Shown here one piece after another: positions 26,030 through 38,501 of a stretch of DNA of 64,000 nt. Positions within the stretch are counted from its first letter, which is position 1; each line of letters begins with the position of its first letter. Origin of the DNA: Octopus sinensis (taxonomy: Eukaryota). A program made the position numbers and the translations under genes. The notes under the pieces are model-generated. The model made no database searches. It saw only the letters and a program-made list of their open reading frames with translations, and was not told the DNA's origin. The stretch lies in contig NW_021836291.1 of the NCBI RefSeq assembly GCF_006345805.1, positions 248,001-312,000 of the forward strand. The letters are read 5' to 3'.

Positions 26030-27190
26030 GGTATATCTTAGTCTTTTGAAATTTTGGATTTATTACTGAACGATTCATTAATATCTACTAAGGCAGAATT
26101 ATTTGCTAAGGAGCTTTTTCTTGAAAATTTCAAAAACTTTTATGAATTTTTATCCAAATATAAGAAAACGTATGGATTTCGGATGAGAAAATTACATGGA
26201 CATAAGTGCACTGACAAAAGTGTTGACATTAAAGTTTTTCTCAAAGAATTTTAAAAACCTTCAATGTCATATGTGACAGGTAAGAGGCGGAACCACGCCG
26301 GAGCCGGAACCCAAGTTGTTATTTTTAATAAACAATAATTTTTTTGATTTAATTTTCATTGGAAAATCATTTAGGGTTAGGGCTACGGTTAGGGTTAGTT
26401 TGTTCACTTGGGGAAAAAGTGAAATAAAGTTGAGCAAAAAATGTATATTTGAGTGTTTTAATAAATATTTTAGTGTACAATTTTAATTTTACAAAAAAAT
26501 TTGAAAAATTTCGCCTCCAGGTTCCGCCTCCGGCGTGGTTCCGTCTCTTACCTGTGACATCATATATCAGCGATCAGATTTATATCCTGAATAAAACTGG
26601 GATATTCTACAAACTTATTCTATCTAAAGTATCTGTAGGACTTCGTTCGGAGCATACAAAAACTTCAAGGATAGAGTATCTGTGTTATGCGCAGATATGT
26701 CTTGAAATCATAAATTGAAGCCTTTATTGATTGGAAAATCAAAAATGCCAAAAATATGATTGTCGATGTTCTGTTTCGCATTACAGTTCTAAAAGAGCTG
26801 GATGACTGGATATATTTTTACTAACTAAATGATAAACTTCGATAACCTTTCGAGGGCAGACAAGAAAAAAATTTTGCTTATTATAAATAGTTGTCCCTCT
26901 CATTTCTTACCTTTGATTTTGGAGAATATTCAAATAATGTTTTTTCCTAAAAATGCTACAGAAATAATTCAGCCAATAAATTTTGGCATTATTAAAATTT
27001 TCAAAGTCCATTTTAATAGACACAAATTTAATATCCACTTCGAATGGATGGCTTTGTTAACTTCTAGTTGATGTAACTAATATTTTCTTAAAAAATTGGA
27101 GTATCTTACTAAATTATTGGAAAAAGAAAAGTTGCCGGTATATGAATCATATAAACATTTGAACTTTAAAGACGCTGTTCCTCTACTAAA
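26030..27190 (+). mobile_element. pogo/Tigger transposase remnant interrupted by a MITE
   Basis: CENP-B-like KAELFAKEL...FRMRKLHG, IYILNKTGIFYK, LLIINSCPSH, FPKNATEIIQPINFGIIK. TIRs not identified. Confidence 0.8.
26277..26554. mobile_element. 278-bp MITE with 34-bp TIRs, 3-bp TSD (TGA) and internal TTAGGG repeats
   Basis: TIR CAGGTAAGAGGCGGAACCACGCCGGAGCCGGAAC (2 mismatches). TGA at 26274-26276 and 26555-26557. TTAGGG TTAGGG CTACGG TTAGGG TTAG at 26371-26398. Removing it restores the Tigger frame. Confidence 0.92.
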
Positions 27191-27377
27191 GTAACTGGTG
27201 ATTCAAAAGAAGACCGATAAAGCTAGAACGATTAGCCAAAAGCAAGAAAACATAGCACATTTAAACAGGGAAATTTCCAAATTCAAAGCTTGTCTCGATG
27301 AACTAAATCTGCAAATTCAGAAGGTGAAAGCTATTTCAAGAAATTCCCGGCAACCAACTCCTAAGATCCATAGCAAC

Positions 27378-27572
27378 CTATAGCCTACAACACGCACATT
27401 CAGGTTTCATCGTGTAATCCCAGAGGATGATGTCGTCTGCATATATCACCATTTCAGTACTAGCATTGAGTGGCATGGGGGCAGAAGCCATAAAGACATT
27501 AAACAGTGTGGGACTCAGCACAGAGCCCTGAGAGACCCGGCGAAGAACTGTTGCAACTTTAGAATATTCCAA
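27378..27572 (-). mobile_element. Isolated LINE RT fragment
   Basis: VSQGSVLSPTLFNVFM...IYADDIILW. Confidence 0.8.
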
Positions 27573-27619
27573 GGGCCGTAGCCTTCTATTGCTATTACAA
27601 AACCGAAATTTTTTCTTTG

Positions 27620-28310
27620 GAAAAAAGATAGAATTGCAATCATTGTAAATCTGTCAAAAACAGTCGATCATTTGGCAACGAAACGCAATAGGGTGTTAAA
27701 TAGTGACTACATAAGACGACACAATGAGGTGATAAGATGTATTCATTTAAATCTGTTTAGTAAATATGGAATCACATATTTAAAGAAATTGAGAACTCAT
27801 TCAGTCCAATCAATAGCAACAACTGAGAATGTTGAGATCTGAGTCGATACACGCTAATGACGGATGTCAAAGTACAGCATAACAGACCGGACACATTTTT
27901 TTGATAAAAGGACAAGTGATATTACTTTAGTAGAGGCTTGAATCACTTCTCAGGAAATTTTGAAGGTGGTTGTGATAGAAAAGCTTTACAAATACACCTT
28001 GTACAACCTCCTCCTTGGAGTGTTCTCTTAAATATACAACACAGAAGTTAAAATTATTCCTATTTTTTGACCTAAGAAGGAATTATAAGTAGATTCTACA
28101 ATTTTGAAAGAATGTTAGTGAAGCATTGACATGGGATTACTTTCAAGAGAGTAATGTTAGTGAGGTCATTCATTTCCTACGACGAAAGTCTCTGCGAAAA
28201 ATTAAAAATGACAGAATCATGCTCATTGACAACAATGCTGGAATGAAGATCAGATTGGTGGTAAGAAATAATTCAAAACGAAGAAAAATAAATCAATACA
28301 ACAATCAATT
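27620..28310 (+). mobile_element. R4/Dong-like 3' fragment
   Basis: CNHCKSVKKTVDHLATK...YIRRHNEVIRCIH...HNRPD...EKLYKY. Confidence 0.85.
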
Positions 28311-29789
28311 TTAAATAGTTTAAATTCTGATTTTGTAAAAATACTGAATGTATTAATTTGTTGATTTGTCATAGTCAATTATTTTAGAATGCAAAAACGA
28401 TATGTTGGCTTTAATCCTCAAACATTTTCCAATCATATTTACCACGGTAAACTCCACTGTGGTGAATATGTACAATCATACTAATTTTACAAATAAAAAA
28501 TATGTGATTTTTCCAATCATATTATATTTTTATTGCATTAAATAAGCCCTCCAGTTATGCGCTCAATTTCGTAATTTTTGTGAAAAGTTCAAGCAAATTC
28601 AACAACACCAAATAATCTCAAATTGACTTGAAATAAATTTTGTCAATTAGGTTTATGCTGAATGCAAAAAATGCAGAAGTACTCCATGCTTGTCGAAAAG
28701 TATCAATTCCTTCAATTCACAGTTGAGACTTCCGGTTCCGTGGAAGAAATGCAATCAGCTCTGTTCAGGATGTCGGTCCCGGATGTCTACAGGCGACGGC
28801 CGCAAATTGAGATGGTTTTTTGAGTGGATATTATATGCGATAGTACGCTCTAACTCTTTCTCGATCGCGTCAACCTCTCGCTCGGCTAATTAGGTGATTT
28901 CCTTTTTTTGTCTAACGTTTTGGTTAAATTCCGGTTATATATTAAAAAAATTATAGTTACACCGAAAAATAAAAATCAATCTGGGATGTTCATTATTAAG
29001 AGGCGTTTACAATGGATTATTTCTGCTGAATTCAACTAATCCAATTATAAAATTTGTGGTTCAAATAAATTAAATAATATTCAACAAATTGGAGAATCAA
29101 TAAATATAAATCAATTTCCATTTTTCCAGTTTAACGCTGGATATTCATTCTATCAAGTTATACTTCTGACTAATTCTAAATAATTAATAAATAGAACCAA
29201 GTTATTTTCACAAGAGAAAATTTCGTCAATGATAAAACGAAATCTATTATTCTTTATTTTAATTCTTAAAAAGCAATATTTTGAATTTGTAATGAATCAT
29301 CAAATTAACTAAGAATGAAAATCATATAGAAAATCGAACAAGAAGTAGAAATAAAATATTCAGGTTTTCTATGCAACTGGAAACTTTAGATTAGATAAAT
29401 CTTAAAATTCAATGTCAAGAGATTGTTGTCTGTCACCCATTCTTTTTATTTCTCATTAAGTTCCTGGTGTTCTAATTAAAACTACTTAATTCAATTTATT
29501 GAATAATCAAAAATTAATTCCGCATATTAGAGGAACAAATGGACCTGATTGTCAAATTTAGAAAGATTTGCCCAGTAAAATTATTGGAGTCTTTTGTCAT
29601 GCCACGACTTCTAGATTTAGACAATAATCCCTAACTGAAAAACTGAAATAGGACTTAAAGCTAATACGATTATCAACTCTATTTTAAAGTAGCCTAATTT
29701 TCTAAAAGGGATAAAATTATGGAAATAAATTCATAAATTATAACAATTTCCTTTATTAGAAACAAACGTCCAAATTATCAAATCCTTAC

Positions 29790-30290
29790 TAAATGTGAAC
29801 TAACAAGTTCAGATCTTGAAGTAATTAGTCAAAAGATAAGCATTGCTTTTCATGCACATGTCCCTGTTCTCATCTCCTTCAAATGCTTGGTACACGAGAT
29901 CTAAAGTGATACTAATTTGAAGTTACAATCGCCATTAGGGCCAGAACAGGCAGTGATAACGAGTCTTTTTTTGTCTCGCCCGACATAACACGAATGTGTC
30001 GCAGAATCAATTCCACTGTAGTCAGCGTCACATTTCGTTACAAAGAGGTAAGAATTGCCTATAATATCGCACTTGGATGGTGTCTCATCGGATATTATTT
30101 TGTTGAAAACCTCGTTGAGGCCTGTTGGATCAGCCTATTAGGAAATAAAAAGGTTAAAGAATAACGGATGTAACATCCTTTTTAAGAATGACTCTCCATT
30201 CCGAGTCCCCCTTAGGCTTGACTATACTGAGGTGTGCTCCAGGAGCGCCAACTGAGCCTTCCCAACCAGTTAAATATACTCCAACCATAT
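29790..30290 (-). CDS. Divergent profilin-like gene (spliced, 5' end uncertain)
   Basis: Reconstructed GVYLTGWEGSVGA...SEWRVILKKD|ADPTG...KCDIIGNSYLFVTKCD...GRDKKRLVITAC...D|YLVYQAFEGDENRDMCMKSNAYLLTNYF using introns 30135-30174 and about 29902-29927. Motif order resembles profilin. Recognised by eye only. Confidence 0.45.
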
Positions 30291-32059
30291 GACTTAATTT
30301 AAAAAAAATTCAATCTTATTAAATTTAGGTTAACCAAATCTATATAGTTAATATAAATATAAAACAAACAAAATAATAAAATAACTAAATTGATGAGATT
30401 TACTTTTTGAGTAAGACAAGGGTCTAAAGAAGCTCAGCCCCATTTAAATCCGTGAAATTTAAGTAGATTTCTTGAGAACAATTCTTGGAGTCTTTTTAAG
30501 ACCAGAAGGAAGTCAAAAAACTAGTTTATTTTTGTAATTTGTTCATTTAACTTTCTTTGGTTGAAGTAGTAACGTTTCTCTTTTGCACAAATATCTTTCT
30601 CACGCTTGATATTCCTTAGCCCGTTTAAAATTGGGACCCTAAACGTTAGAAGACTCAATCCTTTGTACAAAAAATTTCAACTCGTATGAGATCTGAAGCA
30701 ACAATATGTGTCCATCTGTTGCTTGCAAGAGGTAAAAATAACATAAAATAACAGAATAAAAAAGAAAATAAAAGACACAAATAACAGAATAGAGGATAGA
30801 GAATAAAATAAGAGACGAAACTAACAGAATATGGAGGCTCTCTGATTACATGCTTATTTTTTTCAACGACCTGTCGTCGCTACGATCTTCGGTTTGTAGT
30901 AAATCAAGCATGTATCTCAAGCGTGATTCGTCTCGCACAGGATTGCGGTGTTTCAAATAAAATGGGAAACCAGATCCAACTTCCTGGTCACAATCTTTAA
31001 TGTGTAATCACCGATAACTAGGGAACGCATTTGTGGAAGGATACTGACCGTGGTACAAGGAAAACTTAATTAGCTCATTATTTTCTGTTAGTGCATAAAT
31101 AACAATTTCACTTTAAACAAATACGGACAGTCTATTAATTGTCAAAAAGACTCAGACTTTCTTTTAACAGACCAAAATGCTATACGAGACTGAAAACTGT
31201 TAACAGCTCATTGGACATATATCCGGATTCTAAAACCCCGTAAAAGAATGCAATACAAGCATATTACTCCAATAACTGCAAATATCTTGTTTACTTTAAA
31301 GGACTTTGATTGTCTCCAAACTAAGGAAATGAAGATTGAAAAATGGAAGAAATTGATTGGTCAAATCTGTATGGAGAAGCTAAAATGAATTTTACTTCTC
31401 GATTGTAGTTAAACAATAAAAATGGTTAAAGCAGATAAAAAACGTGAAAAAGAAAAAGCTAGAAGTGATGTGATGACATAAACCGCCTGTTCAGCAAAAT
31501 CTACAATGGGACTAGAAGTAGTTAAGTGTTAGATGAGTCTCTATATGCTTATATGAGGTCAGCTGTTTTAATAGAACTGTGGAGAATATCTCGTTTGATG
31601 ATTTCAATCTTCTGGTAGCATTTATTCAACGGTAGGCAGTTAAAAATGAAGAGGAAGAAGAAAAGAAGCTACGTAAATGTAATAAAATTATTTTAACTCG
31701 ACATTTGTTACAATGAATTGAGTAGTTCAGACTTGCTAATTTATAGAAGACCGACAACTATTATGCATTAGACATGCGTTCACGTAAATCCTTTAATAAA
31801 CGAATTAGAGAATTCTTAATGATTTAAAATGAAAAAAAAATTCGAAATTACGAATCTGCAAAATATGAACGCAAAGTAAGAATTCTAATTACAATCTTGG
31901 AGATTAGAAAAAAGTATTTAATTCTAAATTTTATTTGTATAATGAAAGTTAATGGATTTAAAAAAAAATAAAATAAATAAGCCACAAAAATACATTCCTA
32001 GCATATGACAAAACATTTGATAATTCAGGCACATTCTGCAGGGGTGCTCGTTTCTCTAT

Positions 32060-33529
32060 AAAATAGAATTATGAGGAGGCCATTTCTATCTTACACTCCG
32101 CTCAGAAAGAGTATAGCTCCGAAGGAGATGAGTTCTCTTCTCATCAGATAGAGGTTCTGATTGGTCTTTTGAATTATCAACGTGGAATAATTGAGACCGC
32201 CAAATCACCTCCTCTACTTTCATTTAACGATTCGTTGCACAAAACGTTAATTCTGATTACAAATGTGACGGGAAATCAAGTCGATGATATTCTAGCAAAC
32301 ACTCAATTGGACATAATTTCACAAAAAAGGTAGTTTTTATACCAATCAGTATTCAGATTAACTTATATAAAAATTGAGAAACTAATGAATACTCGGTCAA
32401 CTTCAAAAAAAGAACTGAAATCATTGTATCAAGAATCTCCAGCCAAATTCCTAGTATATTTAAACCGATAGAGATATTCCATAGTTTATGATAGAAAAAT
32501 ACTTTGATATCCATAAAATATCGCTAGTGTTAAGACTATTGAGTTTTTACTCCCTAAAAGAACAAATAAGCATTCTTGTGAGCAAAGGGTGAAGCGTCGA
32601 TTTCTGAATTTTAGGCACTGTTTGACGGCTTTGGAGAAGGCAGCTAAGTCTCGAGATATGAGAACCATAACCTACGCTTATTTACAGTGCAAGTATAGTA
32701 GAGGGGAAGATTTTCACAAGAGTTTTAATATACTTGTTAAAAATAAAGTACGATTGCTTACAATAAATGATCAAGATATATAAAAAATTATTGAAAAATT
32801 GGCTTCGATGGGGAAATTGTTTAATTCTCCCACCTTTAGTATCGAAAGAAGATAAAGTATCATTAAACAAGGATTTGATTCATTTTATCTACTCTTTCAA
32901 GGTACAATTAATAAATAAAGTAAAAAAAGAATATTGACACCAAAATATTCTATTTGCACTATTATAGACTTTCCCATGATAAATTCCGAAAAGAAATATC
33001 CGAAGTTTTAAAATTACTTCGTTTTCAAATCAAAATAGAGAGAAAGACTGGCATCCAGGAATTTGATAAGACATCGCTGAACAAAACAATTCGAATTTTA
33101 CTCAGCCATGGATACACTGACAAGGCACAAATTGCCAGAAAATTATTTGGCGTCTCTGACTATAAGCATGAGGGTTTGTTAAAAATTGTAGGTGGTATTG
33201 GTTAAAATCGGAAACCTATCTAGAATCTAAAAATTGGGCTTCGTTGATGAATGTGAAGATTTTGAAGGAATATCCCGTTTTGCCTATTTTTAATGACTTT
33301 AGCGAATTATTGAAAATGTATATTCAACCAACCAGATCATCGCTTTAAAGATGATAAATTATCTTCCTTTGATTAACCGCATTCACGTATTGTGTTTAGT
33401 CGGGTCATGCGTGTTGTTATTTTTAGTGAATTTGAAAAAGCCTTGAATCTGGCAGTTCAAAATGGCGATTTGGTAGTCGTAAATATTGTCAAGAAAATGA
33501 TGGAAAAAACGAAGCAAAAAATATGCTAA
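32060..33529 (+). CDS. VPS16: Vps16-family protein (C-terminal solenoid recognised), multi-exon
   Basis: LVLRLLSFYSLKEQISILVSKGHCLTALEKAAKSRD and FDKTSLNKTIRILLSHGYTDKAQIARKLFGVSDYK match Vps16_C segments. Introns at 32330-32356, 32454-32484 and 32589-32614 keep the frame. Start not located. Confidence 0.7.
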
Positions 33530-33651
33530 TCTAATAAAATTTGAGTTCTAAACATAATTGTTAAGTATATGTAGATTTAAGAATAATAATTTTCCTAAAT
33601 AATTTTTCATTTTCTACCCGGACAAATATTAAGTAATCAAATTATATTAAA

Positions 33652-35816
33652 CTAGCTCGGCAGCTCGCTTCGCTCACCGCGACCTAGCTCCTGCGGAGGG
33701 CCTGTTTCATCAAACAACTATAAGTTTATGTAGATGTATAAAACTACCTGGTTTAATGTAACCCTATTCTATCGCCTGTTGATAAACGATGTTTGTCGTC
33801 CGTCCTTCCTTGGCATATATGAATAAATTTTCTCTTCTGCCTACCCTCGAGCATCCCACATACAGATGTCCATGTGAAAAGCACTCACTCTCTAAAAATA
33901 ACCCAACTACCTTTAATGACTGTCACTGGGCCTTGTTTATTGTCATTGCAAAACTCATCCTCAAAGGAAATTGCAGTCTTTTAAATCTAAATGGTAATTC
34001 ATCAGAAATTATCGGAATTCGTGGAATATAAACATCCTCACCTCTATACTTACCTGTTAATATCGTCGCCTCTATTACGTTAGCCATCAAATTTTTGATA
34101 ACTAACCTCGTTCCGTTGCATAATTTAGGTGGCGCAAGATTTCGTAATAAAACCACTGGAACGCCTATCTTTAACTTTAAAAGATGATTCGGCATTCCAG
34201 AGGGATCTAAGGAGTTTAAAAATTCAATCCGGTTGAATTTTTAGAAAATAACAAAAAAATAAAAAAAACAAATAAAAATGAATAATTTAAAAACAAAAAA
34301 TAAAAAAAACAAAAAAAAACTTTAAAAATTTGTAAAATAGTATAAACAAAAAAAATCTCTGCCGCCACGGCAACAACCAGTCTAATTTTTTAACAGCCAA
34401 TTAAGATAATGCTTAAGAGCCTTTATAGTCCGGAGATTTAGCTTAGTGACCTTGATTAGACAAACCACTGGCGGAAATGGGGCAGCCGGAGATGAGGCAG
34501 GCAGAGTAGCAGCAGCCAAAAAAGCGACACACAAAAAAGATTTAATTAATTACCTTAAGCTGACCGTTTTTTCTTCAGCTTCGTTTTTCCTCCTTCGGTT
34601 ATCTATTTAAAAAATTATTTTTGAATAATAAAAAAGTTTAGGAAAAGAGGCATACCGAAAATAAATTCTATCTTTACGAAAAACTTAACTAAATAGTTAA
34701 TATTTTTACGCAAATTCTTCTGATTGCGCTGTCAATTGGTGGTAAATTGTGTTAATGATTGTGCTAATGTGGTTTTAACTATCAAAGTGTTTTTCACACA
34801 CTCTATTCAAAGTCGTGCAATCTGTAATTGCACATTCTGTCAAAGTCAAATATGATAATAGCTTTAATTTTGATTCATGGTCGATAATGATATATGCATT
34901 TAATTTTAAAGAGAAAATCATAGGATGAATTGAATTTCTTTATCGCGAATAATTGGGAGTTCATCATTGTTAATATTCTCGCTGTCGTTTTCATCAAGGA
35001 TATTCTTAATACGTGAGATTTTTGCCTCGAAGGTTTTAATGGACCTCATCATGAATGTCGAGGACATTAACGTTATTCATTTTAATCAAATGCAGAAAAT
35101 AATTTTTTGATTTTTTGGCGGGAAGGTTTTAAGGACCTCATCATGTAAGTCGAGGACATCGTAGTTGTTCATTTTAACCAAAATGCAGAAAATTTTTTTT
35201 TAATTTTTTTTGGGGGGAAGGTTTTAAGGACCTCATCATGTAAGTCGAGGATATCGTAGTTGTTCATTTTAACCAAAATGCAGAAAACTTTTTTTTTAAT
35301 TTTTTTTGGGGGGAAGGCTTTAAGGACCTCATCATGTAAGTCGTGGACATCGTAGTTGTTCATTTTAACCAAAATGCAGAAATTTTTTTTTTAATTTTTT
35401 TTGGGGGGAAGGTTTTAAGGACTTCATCATGTAAGTCGAGGACATGTAGTTGTTCATTTTAACCAAAATGCAGAAAATTTTTTTTTAATTTTTTTGGGGG
35501 GAAGGTTTTAAGGACTTCATCATGTAAGTCGAGGACATTGTAGTTGTTCATTTTAACCAAAATGCAGAAAATTTTTTTTTAATTTTTTTTGGGGGGAAGG
35601 TTTTAAGGACTTCATCATGTAAGTCGAGGACATTGTAGTTGTTCATTTTAACCAAAATGCAGAAAAATTTTTTTTAATTTTTTTAAGGGGGAAGGTTTTA
35701 AGGACCTCATCATGTAAGTCGAGGACATCGTATTGCCAATTTGAAGTTGGTGTGCACACACAGACAGACAGACAGAAAGACAGACAGACACACACCATAC
35801 CATTTTATTATTAAGA
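33652..35816 (-). mobile_element. Non-autonomous Helitron (2165 bp) with PIF1 helicase C-terminal remnant
   Basis: 5' A|TCTTAATAATAAAATG at 35816 and 3' CTAG|T at 33652, with a GC-rich subterminal palindrome. Encodes [23 protein letters not shown]...[25 protein letters not shown]. Confidence 0.92.
35029..35735. repeat. Minisatellite, about 7.5 copies of a 93-96 bp unit, inside the Helitron
   Basis: GGAAGGTTTTAAGGAC(C/T)TCATCATGTAAGTCGAGGACAT... starts at 35121, 35216, 35312, 35407, 35500, 35595 and 35690, with a degenerate copy at 35029. (CAGA)n microsatellite at 35761-35790. Confidence 0.97.
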
Positions 35817-36059
35817 TGGGGTAATTTTTACAACTGGACTTTAAAGAGTGATTTTATTACTAACACGAAATGTGTTCTGTTAGTTTTTGAAACTGTTTGA
35901 GTTATAAAGAAAAGGAAAGTCGTGGTTTATTTATGACATTTACTCTGGCAGCACCTGCTCATTCCCTCTGAAATCACTCATGGCTACTTGGCGAATGTTC
36001 GAGGATAAGTGGCTTTTATATGCCGAAATTTTTTTTTAATTATTAAAAGACAGTTAGAC

Positions 36060-37330
36060 AGTTATATGCCGACAATTGTTCTACGGACCAAGATATTCCG
36101 TTTGGCAGGAGTCGAGACGTGGAATTCAAGCGTCCAGAGCACACTCTTCCCCTTCGTCCACTTAGGAGGTTTGTGATCTATTGTTTGAGCTTCGGCGGAA
36201 ATTCCGTCAATAACTGTAAGTATAAGGACGTGGACTTCGCTTTCTTGAATCCATGTTGAAAAGGCCTTGCAGGTAAAAATTTTTTTATTCATCCAAGAAC
36301 CATCCTTTCGGGAATTTTTGACATGAAGCATGACAGGGAAACCGACCTGAAAGATGCCAGGTCGTCTCTTGGTCTTCCAGGTTTCAGTATCGGCCGTATT
36401 AATGCCTGTTTCCACAATGACGGAATCACATTATGGTTGATCGAGTAGTTGAAGATAGCCGTTATAAACGTGACTCCTTCGACACCAAGATTTTTTAATA
36501 GAATGACCTAAATTTTGTCCGGGCCGTGAGAGTACGACGTTTTTGTGGAGTGAAAGATATCCACCATCTCATTTACTGAGAAGAGGAGAGGTTCCTACGG
36601 TTTTTTAGGCTTCTGTTTGAGGGATTCCGATTTCCTGTGCTCCTTGTGTGCTATTTTCGCATAGGATTTGATGAGGTTGTTCACGTCTTTTTGATCATAT
36701 TCTTCAGCAGTTTCGGTAGCGTCGCCCTTGGCCACGTTCCGAATGGCTTTCCACACTGTTCCCGTTAAACGATTACGGTTCACGGCTGTAAGGATCTGAT
36801 TCCATTTCAAACAAGTGTGTCTGCGTTCATTAGTCTTCAATGATCTTATACGGATCATTATATGGAATTTATTCGGTTGGATTTCTTGAGGTGATTTTTT
36901 TTCCTTGGCCAGGGCGGACCTCCTTTGACTACAAGCAGCATAAGGTTGGCGTTTGGGTATAGCCATTGGTTTTGCTTCCAGAATAATCTTAGTGAAGAAA
37001 CCGATTGCCTTGTCGAGAGAGCTAAAGTTGTACAGATTGCAATTCTGTAGTTTCAAATTCAAGATATCCTGGAACCATGGCCAGTTCACCGTATTATAAT
37101 TGTATGGAACACGGACTTTCCTGGTAAATACTTCCCTTTTGATCTTCACCACGATCGATTTGTGGTCGCTTTTTGTTTTATAGAGGACTGATCAGTCCGT
37201 AGTCGATACGAGGGCTGAAGAGCATAGAATTACATATGGTAATGTAGGCTTATCAGTCACTCTGAGTGGAGTCCTTGTGTTCCTCGATGGATCATTCAGA
37301 ATTGTTGAGATGTCCAATTTGATCCCATTG
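36060..37330 (-). mobile_element. Degraded I/Ingi-group-like LINE (APE end, linker, RT start)
   Basis: KSDHKSIVVKI, VNWPWFQ, HGPDKI, NYSINHNVIPSLWKQALIRPILKPG, FQHGFKK. Same group as 1889-4346. Confidence 0.85.
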
Positions 37331-38073
37331 ATGTTTAGCTGGAGAGCTGTGAAGTTTTTTCTACTTTTCTGGGCTGCGGAAAAGTTTTAAAGATTTTTTT
37401 CCGGTGGGCATTAGATTAAATCGAGTTGATAAACTACAAAACTCCACGTTTTATAGTGTATAATCCATTTAATGGAAATCCAATTAAATTTTTCCTTTAC
37501 AGTCGATTTATTGTTGTATTTCTCAAAATAAATTAATTATATGTTAGTTTACGAACTAGTCAACAGTTGTATACAGGGACCAAATCAATTTGGGTTGGTG
37601 GTTTTCAAATTTGATTACTTTTTATAGCTTTCCATGTAAAAAGTCGAATTTTGTTTTTCGACAGAATACAAAACCTATTACAACACCTAATGCACCAAAC
37701 ACTAAAACAAATAGTTGTGCTACTAATACTCATCCCACTGAAATGTCTTTCAATCAAAAAACAGTACAAAAAGTAGGGATCAACAGATCAAATCGCAAAA
37801 ACGACTGGAACTTGAATACGAACCACGATTTCGTTAATAATTCTGTATTTATAGTTATTAGTTACTTTGTTTTCTTGTTAAAAATGATTTCAAACTCAAA
37901 ATATCACAATTTGAATTTAATAAATATTTGACAGAGACAGAGAGCAAACAAACACTCTTTCTTTTAATGTAGATTTACGGAATTACAATTGATTTATATA
38001 ACTTATAAATAGTTATTGTTTGTTAAATTAAAGTAAGTTTAGAAATAATATTTTTAAAACCAGACCTCTTGTT

Positions 38074-38501
38074 ATGGTGATTTTTTTTAAATATTCTATC
38101 ATTTCTAATTTAAACATATAAATATAATTTAGTCAAAATATCTCGCACAAATAATAATAACCGGAGGCCAAATTCTTTTCAGATCCCTACAAAAAGCCAT
38201 CAAACACGAATTTCAGACAAGTAGAAGAGTTGGAGCGGCAGCTCAAGGCAACCAGCAGACTAGACTCAAAACCTCATCAGAAAATGCCTATTCTGGAATA
38301 ACACTTGAGGAATCCAAAAACATTCTTAACATCAAGGACATCAATGACACTGAAAAAGTGGAACAAGCCTACAAACATCTTTTTGAGACCAATTCTAAAG
38401 AAAATGGAGGCTCTCTTTATTTACAGTCAAAGGTTTTTCGAGCAAAAGAACGAATCGACCTTCATACAGCCGGAAAACAGACTTTTCCTAAGCAAAGTTA
38501 A
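38074..38501 (+). CDS. PAM16: Mitochondrial import motor subunit Pam16/Tim16 (Magmas)
   Basis: join(38074-38076, 38133-38501): M|[27 protein letters not shown]...[13 protein letters not shown]...[33 protein letters not shown]-only first exon inferred from ATG-GT and a 56-nt intron. Confidence 0.95.

Noticed and set aside
26371-26400. TTAGGG tract as a real telomere or chromosome-fusion scar
   Set aside because: Only about 4 imperfect units, bracketed by TIRs and a TSD, so it is MITE cargo.
32060-33529. Tandem fusion of two Vps16_C domains
   Set aside because: The first segment aligns about as well with the normal Vps16 mid-region (LLN..R...PL). Internal pseudo-repeats of the solenoid are the simpler explanation.
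35029-35735. Regular repeat array resembling CRISPR
   Set aside because: Units are contiguous 95-bp copies with no unique spacers, there are no cas genes, and the array lies in a eukaryotic Helitron.
37590-37931. 113-aa plus ORF, and a hydrophobic minus-strand segment (VLVAQLFVLVFGALGVVIGFVF...TKFDF)
   Set aside because: Could be part of a membrane-protein gene, but I could not build a consistent exon chain or assign a family.
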